In this document: in pieces, positions 25,983 to 39,400 of the stretch
Position numbering within the stretch: the first letter of the stretch is position 1
Layout: each line of letters starts with the position of its first letter
Assembly: GCA_002269645.1 (NCBI GenBank)
Contig: NIVC01003103.1
Span: 1-64,000 of the forward strand
Direction: 5' to 3'
Length of the DNA stretch: 64,000 nucleotides
Source: Macrostomum lignano
Taxonomy: Eukaryota
Made by a program: the position numbers and the translations under genes
The notes under the pieces: generated by a model
What the model saw: the letters and a program-made list of their open reading frames with translations, nothing else
Database searches by the model: none
What the model was told of the DNA's origin: nothing

Positions 25983-26357
25983 GGTTGTAGCCAAGGGGTC
26001 AGTGCGTCGGGCTCACAACTGGAAGGTTGAGGGTTCGATACTCGGCCCACTCGGAACAAGTTGTGTCGTTGAGCAAGACACCTAATTGCTTCAGTTCACC
26101 CAGCTGGGGGTAATTGGTGGTGTGCGCCTCGCCCAATACAGTAAACACGCTGTACTCGTACGAGCTACTATGGGGATTGGCCCTTATGCACCAGAATCGC
26201 TCGACATGCCCCAGTCCATTAGTCGTGGCACCAGCCCCAAATTCATGAAGCACCTGCACCGGCTGCGGGCAGCATTGGGTCGCTGAGGTCTAATTGGACG
26301 GGTTGTGGCGATAAAGTGCCTTTTGCTGAAGTAGGATAATATTAATAGTAATAATAA
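25983..26357 (+). mobile_element. tRNA-derived SINE with CORE-like central domain (copy A)
   Basis: Head ggttgtagcc...gggttcga (A/B boxes), then tgtgtcgttgagcaagacac...cttcagttcacccagctg, ending in a taa-rich tail. The 3' end is approximate. Confidence 0.6.
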
Positions 26358-26637
26358 CTGATTACACCTGCCCCAATTGGGCCCGATGTGCAACCGACAG
26401 CTCAGCCGCAGCTATTGCGCGTCGCATCTGAAGGCTGTTCAGTCCAAGGACTGGGGAGTCGCCACACACCCTCAATTACCTCAGTTAATGCTGGCACCCA
26501 TTTTCCAGATGGGTGAACTGAAGCAATGCAGATTTATGTGTTTTGCTCAAGGACACAAATAGTTCCGAGTGGGATCGGGATTCGAACCCCCGACCTTCAA
26601 GCCGTGAGTCCGTCCCTCTATCCACTAGGCTACAACC
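26358..26637 (-). mobile_element. tRNA-derived SINE with CORE-like central domain (copy B)
   Basis: Minus strand GGTTGTAGCCTAGTGG (A box)...GGTTCGAATCCC (B box), then tgtccttgagcaaaacac...cttcagttcacccatctggaaaatggg, resembling the MIR CORE tgaccttgggcaagtcactt...tcatctgtaaaatggg. Confidence 0.7.
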
Positions 26638-26651
26638 AAATTTATAAGTTG

Positions 26652-28890
26652 GAGGAGCTGCGAAATACACGATGCCATCTCCATTCTTAATCGGAGCTGC
26701 GGAAACCACACGATGCCATCTCCCTTTTTAAATCGGAGCTGTGGAAACCACACGATGCCATCTCCCTTTTTAAATCAGAGCTGTGGAAACCAAAAGATGC
26801 CATCTCCCTTTTTAAATCAGAGCTGTGGAAACCACACGATGCCATCTCCCTTCTAAATCGGAGCTGCGGAAACCACACGATGCCATCTCCATTCTAATTC
26901 GAAGCTGCGGAAACCACACGATGCCATCTCCCTTTTTAAATCAGAGCTGTGGAAACCACACGATGCCATCTCCCTTTTTAAATCAGAGCTGTGGAAACCA
27001 AAAGATGCCATCTCCCTTCTAAATCGGAGCTGCGGAAACCACACGATGCCATCTCCATTCTAAATCGGAGCTGCGGAAACCACACGATGCCATCTCCCTT
27101 TTTAAATCAGAGCTGTGGAAACCACACGATGCCATCTCCCTTTTTAAATCAGAGCTGTGGAAACCACAAGATGCCATCTCCCTTTTTAAATCGGAGCTGT
27201 GGAAACCACACGATGCCATCTCCCTTCTAAATCGGAGCTGCGGAAACCACACGATGCCATCTCCATTCTAATTCGAAGCTGCGGAAACCACACGATGCCA
27301 TCTCCCTTTTTAAATCGGAGCTGTGGAAACCACACGATGCCATCTCCCTTTTTAAATCGGAGCTGTGGAAACCACACGATGCCATCTCCCTTTTTAAATC
27401 AGAGCTGTGGAAACCAAAAGATGCCATCTCCCTTCTAAATCGGAGCTGCGGAAACCACACGATGCCATCTCCATTCTAAATCGGAGCTGCGGAAACCACA
27501 CGATGCCATCTCCCTTTTTAAATCAGAGCTGTGGAAACCACACGATGCCATCTCCCTTTTTAAATCAGAGCTGTGGAAACCACAAGATGCCATCTCCCTT
27601 TTTAAATCGGAGCTGTGGAAACCACACGATGCCATCTCCCTTCTAAATCGGAGCTGCGGAAACCACACGATGCCATCTCCATTCTAATTCGAAGCTGCGG
27701 AAACCACACGATGCCATCTCCCTTTTTAAATCGGAGCTGTGGAAACCACACGATGCCATCTCCCTTTTTAAATCAGAGCTGTGGAAACCACACGATGCCA
27801 TCTCCCTTCTAAATCGGAGCTGCGGAAACCACACGATGCCATCTCCCTTTTTAAATCAGAGCTGTGGAAACCAAAAGATGCCATCTCCCTTTTTAAATCA
27901 GAGCTGTGGAAACCACACGATGCCATCTCCCTTTTTAAATCAGAGCTGTGGAAACCACACGATGCCATCTCCCTTTTTAAATCAGAGCTGTGGAAACCAC
28001 ACGATGCCATCTCCCTTTTTAAATCAGAGCTGTGGAAACCACACGATGCCATCTCCCTTTTTAAATCAGAGCTGTGGAAACCAAAAGATGCCATCTCCCT
28101 TCTAAATTGGAGCTGCGGAAACCACACGATGCCATCTCCATTCTAAATCGGAGCTGCGGAAACCACACGATGCCATCTCCCTTTTTAAATCAGAGCTGTG
28201 GAAACCACACGATGCCATCTCCCTTTTTAAATCAGAGCTGTGGAAACCACAAGATGCCATCTCCCTTTTTAAATCGGAGCTGTGGAAACCACACGATGCC
28301 ATCTCCCTTCTAAATCGGAGCTGCGGAAACCACACGATGCCATCTCCATTCTAATTCGAAGCTGCGGAAACCACACGATGCCATCTCCCTTTTTAAATCG
28401 GAGCTGTGGAAACCACACGATGCCATCTCCCTTTTTAAATCAGAGCTGTGGAAACCACACGATGCCATCTCCCTTCTAAATCGGAGCTGCGGAAACCACA
28501 CGATGCCATCTCCCTTTTTAAATCAGAGCTGTGGAAACCAAAAGATGCCATCTCCCTTTTTGAATCAGAGCTGTGGAAACCACACGATGCCATCTCCCTT
28601 TTAAATCAGAGCTGTGGAAACCAAAAGATGCCATCTCCCTTTTTAAATCAGAGCTGTGGAAACCAAAAGATGCCATCTCCCTTGTAAATCGGAGCTGCGG
28701 AAACCACACGATGCCATCTCCATTCTAAATCGGAGCTGCGGAAACCACACGATGCCATCTCCCTTTTTAAATCGGAGCTGTGGAAACCACACGATGCCAT
28801 CTCCCTTCTAAATCGGAGCTGCGGAAACCACACGATGCCATCTCCCTTCTAAATCGGAGCTGCGGAAACCACACGATGCCACCTCCCTTC
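26652..28890. repeat. 41/42-bp minisatellite (ggagctgtggaaaccacacgatgccatctccctttttaaatc), ~53 copies, with multi-unit duplications
   Basis: Direct periodicity. Rare variants recur at 416-nt and 667-nt spacing. Confidence 0.95.
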
Positions 28891-29460
28891 ACCAAATGAA
28901 TAGTTTTAACATGCCATACCCTGCTTGTCCATAGAGTTTCATTCAACACGTAACTCTTGCTCGACACGTTTCTTAAAACACGTGTCAAATCTGCCGAGAA
29001 AAGTTACTGACGAAACGGCTTGATTAAACAGCATCGAACCGTTTAAGACATGGCAGAGAGGCTTCCCATTCTGTTTGAAGCTCAGCTGTTCAGCTTTGGC
29101 TGCCCAGCTGGATCGCCCACTTCTCTGCCGCTGTGCTGCAGCAGCGCTCGCTCGCGAAGCCGCACAGAGTTAGTTTCCTTGCCGGAAAACAATAGAAACA
29201 GAAGAGACAGAGAGGCCACCCCCCGCTGAGAAACCCAGCAGCTACCGAAATCGCCTCGACCCCGAGAGACACGTATGAGTAATCGATCCGCTGAGCTGGA
29301 ACCAGCTCTCCGGCCACTGACACTCGGCCACGTCGGGTTCCCCAGCCACCCCTCGGAGCGAGGATTAAATACGGACTCCGCTACGGTCCGGCTCATCCTG
29401 CATCTCCACTCTGTGTTCAAACGCTACTTGGGGAAATTCCAGTGCGCAAAATCAACCAGG

Positions 29461-31779
29461 ATGTCCCGCAGTCTGCCGCTCCGCCTGCCAGTCCTGCTGG
29501 CCCTACTGCTCGCGCTGACCACCCTGGCCGCCGCGGCGGGCGAAGGCAGCGGCAACAGTGAAGGCCGCGACGGTCGGCGGCGCGACTCTCGCGTTCACGA
29601 CGCGCCGCCGTCGGACGCCGAGCACCACGACGATGACGATGATGGAGACGATGCCGAAGATGGCGAAGGCGATCGGGACGGAGGGCGACGGAAGCGGAGG
29701 CACGACGCGCGCTACGACCACGAGTCCTTCCTGGGTGAGTCCTCCTGATGTCACTGCTGAGTTCTTCCTGGGTGAGTCCTGTTGATGCCACTGCTGAGTC
29801 CTTCCTTGGTGAGTCCCGATACCCTCTACCGCGCTGAACAGAGTCCCTCTACTGACGAGTCCCTCTACTGACGAGTCCCTCAACTGACGAGTCCCCCTAC
29901 TGACGAGTCCCTCAACTGACGAGTCCCTCAACTGACGAGTCCCTCAACTGACGAGTCCCTCAACTGACGAGTCCCCCTACTGACGAGTCCCTCTACTGAC
30001 GATCCCCCTACTGACGAGTCCCCCTACTGTCTACTGACGAGTCCCTCCCTGCCCCTTCCAATACCCGAGCAGGCCGCGACGAGTCCCGCCGATTAGACGA
30101 GATGTCCCCAGAAGAGTCGCAGAAGAAGCTGGCCGAGCTGTTTGCCAAGGTGGACAAGAACAATGATACCAAGCTGTCACTGGACGAGATGGAGGCCTGG
30201 CTGGCCGAAATCGCTCACCAGGAGCGGGAGAAGCAGGCAGAGTCCCGCTTCCACAGCATCAAGGCCGCCATCTCGGCCAAGGATATGAACTCTTCGCTCA
30301 GCCTGTGAGTGCTCAGCCCTGACTGCTGAGATAACATTGAAGGCCCAATCTGATCGTTATTCTGTGATCTTTGCCCCCTTTCCACCCTTTGTCTACCCTC
30401 TCCTCACCCTCTCTACCCTCTCTACCCTCTCTACCCTCTCCTCACCCTCTCTACACTCTACCATCTCTACCCTCTATGTACCCGCATCGGCAGGGAGGAT
30501 TGGAAGAAGGCAATGCATCACGAGGTGATCGGCGACGAGCCGGCCGACAAAGAGACGGAGGCCACCTTCGCCCAGACGATGGCAAAGGATGCGGCGCGCT
30601 GGGTGAAGGCGGACGCCAACGCCGACAAGAAGCTGGACAAGGCGGAGTTCGCCGACTTCATGTTCGCCGAGCACTCGCCGCGGATGAAGGACGTGGTGGT
30701 GCAGGAGGCGCTGAACGCGTCCGACGTGAACCGGGACGGCCGGATCGACCTGGCCGAGTACATGCGCGAGCTCTTCCCCGACTACGAGAAGGAGAAGCGG
30801 GAAGGCAAGAAGCTGCCCAAGTGGGTGGTCAAGGAGGAGGAGTTCTTCAAGGTGAGAATCACTGCGCTCCAGCAACTGCTGCTCCGGGCTGCGGCGCCGC
30901 TTCCTCCTCTGCCACAGAAATCTATGACGCCTTCACACTCTTGCAGATGAACCTGGACCTCAACAAGGACGGCTCCCTGGACGCTGATGAGGTGTACAAG
31001 TGGATTGTGCCGGAAGACATCGACCACTCCAAGAGGGTGAGGGCAGCTGATCATGTTTCTCACCCTCTCTCCCGAGTCTCACCCTCTCTACCAAGTCTCA
31101 CCCCCTCTCCCGAGTCTCACTCTCTCTCCTGAGTCTCACTCTTTCCCGAGTCTCACCCTCTCTCCAGAGTCTCACCCTCTCTCCTCTCTACCGAGTCTCA
31201 CCCTCTCTACTGAGTCTCACCCTCTCTACCGAGTCTCACCTTCTCTACCGAGTCTCACTCTCTCTCCCGAGTCTCAACCTCTCTCCCGAGTCTCACCCTC
31301 TCTCCCGAGTCTCACCCTCTCTCCCGAGTCTCACCCTCTCTCCCGAGTCTCACCCTCTCTACCAAGTCTCAACCCCTCTCCCGAGTCTCACTCTCTCTCC
31401 TGAGTCTCACCCTCTTTCCCGAGTCTCACCCTCTCTCCAGAGTCTCACCCTCTCTCCTCTCTACCGAGTCTCACCCTCTCTACTGAGTCTCACCCTCTCT
31501 ACTGAGTCTCACCCTCTCTCCCGAGTCTCACTCCCTCTCTCCCGAGTCTCACCCTCTCTCATCTCATCTTCTTCATCGGATCTCATCTTCTCTATCGAAT
31601 CTCACTCTCTCAATTCAATTTGAAATTTCCAGGAATCCAAGCACCTGTTTGAAGCGGCCGACGAAGACAGGGACAAATTTCTGAGCAAGGACGAGGTGAT
31701 GAAGAACTGGGAGACTTTCGTCGGCCACCGGGCCACCCACTATGGCGAATTCGCACCCAGCAGCCACGACGAGCTGTGA
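29461..31779 (+). CDS. CREC-family ER EF-hand protein (calumenin/reticulocalbin), 5 exons, 366 aa
   Basis: Exons 29461-29734, 30073-30304, 30494-30851, 30947-31036 and 31633-31779 total 1101 nt. Signal peptide, YDHESFLG...MSPEESQKKL motif, several EF hands (DKNNDTKLSLDE, DANADKKLDKAE, DVNRDGRIDLAE, DLNKDGSLDADE) and a C-terminal HDEL. Paralog identity is not resolvable. Confidence 0.93.
29720..30050. repeat. Calumenin intron 1 repeats: 37-bp donor-containing triplet, then an ~18-bp ctgacgagtccct array
   Basis: GTGAGTCC donor motifs at 29735, 29772 and 29809. The ctactgacgagtccct array spans about 29840-30050. Confidence 0.85.
31045..31560. repeat. ~19-bp pyrimidine-rich minisatellite (gagtctcaccctctctccc) in calumenin intron 4
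   Basis: Read directly. Confidence 0.9.
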
Positions 31780-32663
31780 GCCGCCCGCGGGCCGCCGCTG
31801 CATTTCCTTGACTGCAATCTCGTATAGCCCAAATCCGATTGATTACTCTCTCTTTCTTGCGCCTCTCTTGGACTTGTTCTATCCGACTCTATCAATAAAA
31901 TATAATCAACTGCATATTCTGGTTGGACAAATTATTCAATAAATATTCAGAAATGCTGCCAGCCATGCGACAGAAAAAATCTGTGTTTTTTTCCAAAACT
32001 CTTCGTTTTATACTCGTAGCTGCTACTGACAGTAGAATTTCCGCGCATGTTTTTTTCTAAATAAAAATTCAACTGCGCAAATCAGATAGAAACGCTTGGC
32101 AACAATTTGCAATGCGCTGCATGACTTCGGGCCAAACCGGGCCCGCCCTCCGCCTCTCAAATCCCATCTGTCTTACTTTTATTTTCCCTTCAAGCATTCT
32201 GCAGCCTCCCCTACAGCGGATCTTCCCGAACAGCCACCGATGCCATTTAGCAATATCCCCCCTCAGATGCTCGCATCCGCCTCCCGCTCTCCTAGAAGCA
32301 GACACTCCGGCACTGCCAGGTATCCGAGCCGCCCCAACCCCGGCCAACGAATCCCACGGCTGTTCATCCAGCGAAGCCTCTTCGCCCATCATTGGCTGGG
32401 CCTCCCGCCCCGAAATCCGCGATCGATATTTGCGCATGGGGGCTGGAGGCAAAAGCGCAGGCTGAAAGCAACGAAAAACCCATTGTGGGGTGTCCGTGCA
32501 CACTGGAGGGAATGGGGGTTGCGGCCTCGGGGATGTTCAAGTCAAGGGCGGCATGTCGCTGCTGCTGCTGCAGCCTCCGCACTCGCCTGCCGGGCCTCAG
32601 CCACCTACTGCTGCAGGAATCGCACAAGGGACTCGCAAAGCAGCCGGAGAACACAGCAGCGCC

Positions 32664-32817
32664 ATGGACCCACAGGGCTACGTGGTCATCAACCTGAGGC
32701 GGCACTCCAGCGACAAGTCCTGGGGCTTCGCCGTCCAGGGTGGCTCCGACATGGGACTGCCGGTGTTTGTGCACAAGGTGGGTCTGTCTGTCTGTCAGTC
32801 TGTCTGTCAGTCTGTCA

Positions 32818-32903
<86 letters not shown>

Positions 32904-32904
32904 G

Positions 32905-32969
<65 letters not shown>

Positions 32970-32972
32970 GCC

Positions 32973-33057
<85 letters not shown>

Positions 33058-34445
33058 GTCTGTCTGTCTGTTTGGTCTGAAAAAGAACAGTTAATTATTT
33101 GTATAAAAGCTGTTTGATATATTTAGTTAGACTCTTACACACAAACCGCAGATCACTCGCAACGGCATCGCACACAAGTCGGGCCTGGAGCCGGGTGACG
33201 TCATCGTGAAGATCTGCCAGACCTGGTGCGCCGATTTCTCCCACGGCCAGGTGAAGGCGGAGATCCTGAGGGCTGGCAACGAGCTCGACTTTACCGTGAA
33301 AAAGTGCGCCTTTCAAATGACTCCGGGCTGGATTGGGTTTGATTAACAAAGGAAAGCCGATTAATTTGCCCATTAATTTGCCATCGGCGCCCCTTCGCAG
33401 GCGCGGCTTCAACGTGGCCGCCTACGCTGCCCAGACGGCGCCATCGGAGCAGCAGCAGCAGCGCCAGAGCGAGGTGTCCGAGGAGCACGTCTGGCGCCAC
33501 GGCGGCCCGACCTTCAAGAATGTGGTGCCCAAGACCTACCAGATTCTGGAGAGCCAGCTGCCGCAGTCTGAGGCTGGTGAGTGGCTGTGGGTGTCAGGCT
33601 ATGGATGTCAGGCTATGGGTGTCAGGCTATGGGTGTCAGGCTATGGGTGTCAGGCTATGGGTGTCAGGCTATGGATGTCAGGCTATGGATGTGAGGCTAT
33701 GGATGTCAGGCTATGGATGTGAGGCTATGGATGTCAGGCTATGGGTGTCAGGCTATGGATGTGAGGCTATGGATGTCAGGCTATGGATGTCAGGCTATGG
33801 ATGTCAGGCTATGGATGTGAGGCTATGGTTGTGAAGCTACGGATGTGAGGCTATGGGTGTCAGGCTGTGGGTGTCAGGCTGTGGGTGTCAGGCTATGGGT
33901 GTCAGGCTTTGGGTGTCAGGCTATGGGTGTCAGGCTATGGATGTCAGGCTATGGATGTCAGGCTATGGATGTCAGGCTATGGATGTCAGGCTATGTGTGT
34001 CAGGCTGTGGGGGTCAGGCTGTGGGTGTCAGGCTGTTATTGTCAGACTGTGGTTGTCCGGTTATGGGTGTCAGGCTATGGGTGTCAGGCTGTGTCTCATA
34101 CCCCATTGCTCGCATTTCATGTCTCACGTCTTTAATGTCACATATTCAATATTACACATTCATAACACACATCTCACATCTCAAATCTCACATCTCAATT
34201 CCACATCTCACATCTCAATCTCAATTTCACATTTCACTCACACATCTTGCATTTCAATCTCACATCTCAATTCCATGTCTCACATCTCAATCTCAATATC
34301 ACATCTCAATCTCACATCTCACATCTCCCCTCCCACCGCAGCCGGGCCGTCTCCCGCGTCCTACAAAGACCGCAGCATGGAGGAGCACTCGCCCTACCTG
34401 AAAGCGCAGGGCCCGACCATCCAACGCGCCTTCGGGGAGCAGTAA
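32664..34445 (+). CDS. Small PDZ-domain protein (PDLIM/Zasp-type PDZ, no LIM domain), 4 exons, 181 aa
   Basis: Exons 32664-32777, 33152-33303, 33401-33576 and 34342-34445 total 546 nt. [41 protein letters not shown]...[20 protein letters not shown] is a canonical PDZ. An alternative in-frame ATG lies at 32553. Confidence 0.85.
32783..33070. repeat. (CTGT)n microsatellite in PDZ gene intron 1
   Basis: Read directly. Confidence 0.98.
33585..34325. repeat. PDZ gene intron 3: 14-bp gtcaggctatgg(a/g)t array, then a ctcacatctcaat array
   Basis: The arrays span about 33585-34095 and 34160-34325. Confidence 0.9.
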
Positions 34446-35016
34446 AACGCACCGGCCTACTGATAGTAATAGAAACGACTGATAGAAGTTTTAGGCAACC
34501 GAAAAAAACCGACTTATTTAATTTTAAAACTGAAAAAATAGTGTGTTAAGGCAATTTTTACTCACTTAAGCGGTGAAATTCACACGGCCAACCCCACCAG
34601 CGGTTCCGCGTCTCAGCTACAGACTGCATCCGCTTCTGCTACTGATCTGTCTATCCAAACCTGTACATTCACACCCGCACGCACTACTCCCTGCTAGTAG
34701 ACACTGAGCACTTTTATTGCTCTATTAAAGAACAATTAACTAACTATTTAAAGTAAATCATCCGCCGATGTAATCCGTCACGTCCCGAATGCCCCAGACT
34801 TTTCTGCTTTTCTCTTTTTCATTTGTTATGCAGTTGGCTCTACTTGTAGTAGGATGAATCGCTGGCAAACAGACACACAGGGACTGAACTGAGCAAATAA
34901 ATACCAAAATAGGTTGGATTCGGTCAGCCAATTTGGTCATCTGCTTTTTGGGTTGAACTTTTGGCTAAGCAAAAACTGAAATACAGACACAGACTGGCAC
35001 AGACAAACAAACACTA

Positions 35017-35990
<974 letters not shown>

Positions 35991-36458
35991 CTTGTTGTAG
36001 GACTCCGGGGCCAACTCAGCTCAAGCGTGGCAACTCAATGAGGCACGGCAGAAACTGTTGGGAATTTCTTTAAATGGCGCGGGCTGCCAGCCGTGGGCGG
36101 AGCTCCAGGCAGCAGCTGTAGAGCGCAAGCGCAACCGGGAGAAGCTCAAGTTTAAAGGGGAAGTTTTTTCTTGCCCCAAAGAGTCAAGCCTGTGAAAATT
36201 GCTCAGAGGGCATCTGGGCCAAGGCAGGCAGAGTTCCGTGACAAGCGAGTCGCAAGAGATGGGGAGTCGAAAGCAGTAAAAAAGTTTTTCCCGATAATGT
36301 TGCTCTGTTGTCAAGGCAACCCCGAAGGCATTGTCTGCCGCCGACGCCCACGTGCGGCGCTGGCCTTAAGCCTCTGAATAAAACGGTGCGTCAGAATTCT
36401 TTAAGCTGCAATTGGCATTCTGGAAAAATCAGTCAGAATTCTTTAAGCCGATTGAGAA

Positions 36459-39400
36459 ATGATTGCACAGCTTCTGCTGCTCTCGCTGGCCGCCTGTGGC
36501 TCCGCGCAGCTCCACTTAGGCTCGTGTGAGTTCTCACCCCACCCCCATCTCATATGAGTTGTAATGGGCTGTCATTCCTGCCCACTGAGTCCTGCCCACT
36601 GATTCCTGCACACTGAGTCCTGCACACTGATTCCTGCACACTGATTCCTGCACACTGATTCCTGCACACTGATTCCTGCACACTGATTCCTGCACACTGA
36701 TTCCTGCACACTGATTCCTGCACACTGATTCCTGCACACTGATTCCTGCACACTGATTCCTGCACACTGATTCCTGCACACTGATTCCTGCACACTGATT
36801 CCTGCACACTGATTCCTGCACACTGATTCCTGCACACTGATTCCTGCACACTGATTCCTGCCCACTGAGTCCTGCCCACTGAGTCCTGCCCACTGAATCC
36901 TGAACACTGAATCCTGCACACTGAATCCTGCACACTGATTCCTGCACACTGATTCCTGCCCACTGATTCCTGCACACTGATTCCTGCCCACTGATTCCTG
37001 CACACTGATTCCTGCCCACTGATTCCTGCACACTGATTCCTGCCCACTGATTCCTGCACACTGATTCCTGCACACTGATTCCTGCCCACTGATTCCTGCA
37101 CACTGAGTCCTGCACACTGATTCCTGCACACTGAGTCCTGCACACTGATTCCTGCCCACTGATTCCTGCACACTGAGTCCTGCCCACTGAGTCCTGCACA
37201 CTGAGTCCTGCCCACTGAGTCCTGCCCACTGAATCCTGCACACTGAGTCCTGCACACTGAGTCCTGCACACTGATTCCTGCACACTGATTCCTGCCCACT
37301 GATTCCTGCACACTGATTCCTGCCCACTGATTCCTGCACACTGAGTCCTGCCCACTGATTCCTGCACACTGATTCCTGCCCACTGATTCCTGCACATTGA
37401 GTCCTGCCCACTAATTCCTGCACACTGATTCCTGCCCACTAATTCCTGCACACTGATTCCTGCCCACTGATTCCTGCACACTGATTCCTGCCCACTGATT
37501 CCTGCCCACTGATTCCTGCACACTGATTCCTGCCCACTGATTCCTGCACACTGATTCCTGCACACTGAGTCCTGCACACTGATTCCTGCACACTGAGTCC
37601 TGCACACTGATTCCTGCACACTGATTCCTGCACACTGAGTCCTGCACACTGATTCCTGCACATTGAGTCCTTCCCACTGATTCCTGCACACTGATTCCTG
37701 CCCACTGATTCCTGCACATTGAGTCCTGCCCACTGATTCCTGCACACTGATTCCTGCACAGTTTTAATTTCCGCATGTGTGTAGATCGTATCAAGGACGG
37801 CTGAAGTAATCTCTATTAAGTAGTCCTTGGCTCGTATACGGAGTGGGAATCGCTCATTCAGTCAGTGGGAATCGCTCATTCAGTCAGTGGGAATCGCTCA
37901 TTCAGTCAGTGGGAATCGCTTAAGCTGAAAACAGCCAGCAGTTCTGCTAAATGAAGTCTCGGGCGTGCGTGTGAGAGTTGGGAGCTGCACTGAAACCAGA
38001 CAGGTCTCTCGTGTTGCTGGGAAAGGAAAAGATTAGGTCCAAGCAGAATGCCAATGAAAAAGATGTTGCAGGGGTGCTGCTAATGAGCTTTGACTCCTCC
38101 TGGCACTCAAAAGAGTTTCAAGAGAATGGGAATTCAGTCTGCCAAGAGAGCCTGCGGTCACAGAACCGGTCATGCGGCTAGCAATGGAGGAGGCGGCTGG
38201 CTCGCCTTATTTTGCGGGTGAATCTTGGCTCCCGCTTGCCTCAGGCCTGTCTTGTGGAATTCTAAGAATTCAAAGTTCTTGAACTATGGAATTCTTGATT
38301 GCCTCATTTTTGGACCTTCACCGGAACCAGATGAGGCGTTCAGGACATTTTGTTTGCATCCCGGAACCGGATAAACCGGAACCGGATAAACCGGAACCGG
38401 ATAAACCGGAACCGGATAAACCGGAACCGGATAAACCGGAACCGGATAAACCGGAACCGGATAAACCGGAACCGGATAAACCGGAACCGGATAAACCGGA
38501 ACCGGATAAACCGGAACCGGATAAACCGGAACCGGATAAACCGGAACCGGATAAACCGGAACCGGATAAACCGGAACCGGATAAACCGGAACCGGATAAA
38601 CCGGAACCGGATAAACCGGAACCGGATAAACCGGAACCGGATAAACCGGAACCGGATAAACCGGAACCGGATAAACCGGAACCGGATAAACCGGAACCGG
38701 ATAAACCGGAACCGGATAAACCGGAACCGGATAAACCGGAACCGGATAAACCGGAACCGGATAAACCGGAACCGGATAAACCGGAACCGGATAAACCGGA
38801 ACCGGATAAACCGGAACCGGATAAACCGGAACCGGATAAACCGGAACCGGATAAACCGGAACCGGATAAACCGGAACCGGATAAACCGGAACCGGATAAA
38901 CCGGAACCGGATAAACCGGAACCGGATAAACCGGAACCGGATAAACCGGAACCGGATAAACCGGAACCGGATAAACCGGAACCGGATAAACCGGAAGGCC
39001 AAGAGTCGGCAGCAACCCCAATTTCCGTCCCGCAGCCACCGGGTTCAGCGTCGGTGAGCTGGAGGAATCCGCGGACGGTTCGAACTTCGCCAACCTGAGC
39101 CGCCTGCCGGCCCGCTCGGACATCGAGTGCGCCACACTGGCCGCCGCGACGCCCGCCGCCACCGCCATCCGCTACCTGCCTCAGGAGGGCGCCTGCCTGC
39201 TGCTGAAGACTGGCGGAAGCTCTGGAACGGAGCAGCAGCTGCCCGCCTCCGACCAGCCTGTGCTGCGGAAGGAGTGGAACATTCCAGGTGTGTATTTTTT
39301 ATCTTATCTGCCGATTTCCTTACGCTACGTATTGTTTTCATGAGTAGAGAGACAAGAGTTCAAAGACAAGGTCTACTACTGAAAGTATAAAGCGGTTTCC

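Noticed and set aside
26560-26637. Functional tRNA gene
   Set aside because: A and B boxes are present but I could not form a cloverleaf with an acceptor stem, and the sequence continues into a CORE-like body, so it is called a SINE.
26652-28890. Possible CRISPR array
   Set aside because: Head-to-tail units with no unique spacers, in a eukaryotic context with no cas genes. The same applies to all other arrays here.
29090-29323. 77-aa minus-strand ORF divergent from calumenin, with a possible 42-nt in-frame intron
   Set aside because: No recognisable homology; it could be promoter or UTR sequence.
38284-39168. (PEPDK)n, (PVY)n and (RIN)n ORFs, including an ATG-initiated 270-aa ORF
   Set aside because: A 15-bp array open in several frames inside FReD intron 1; the overlap with exon 2 is in the wrong frame.
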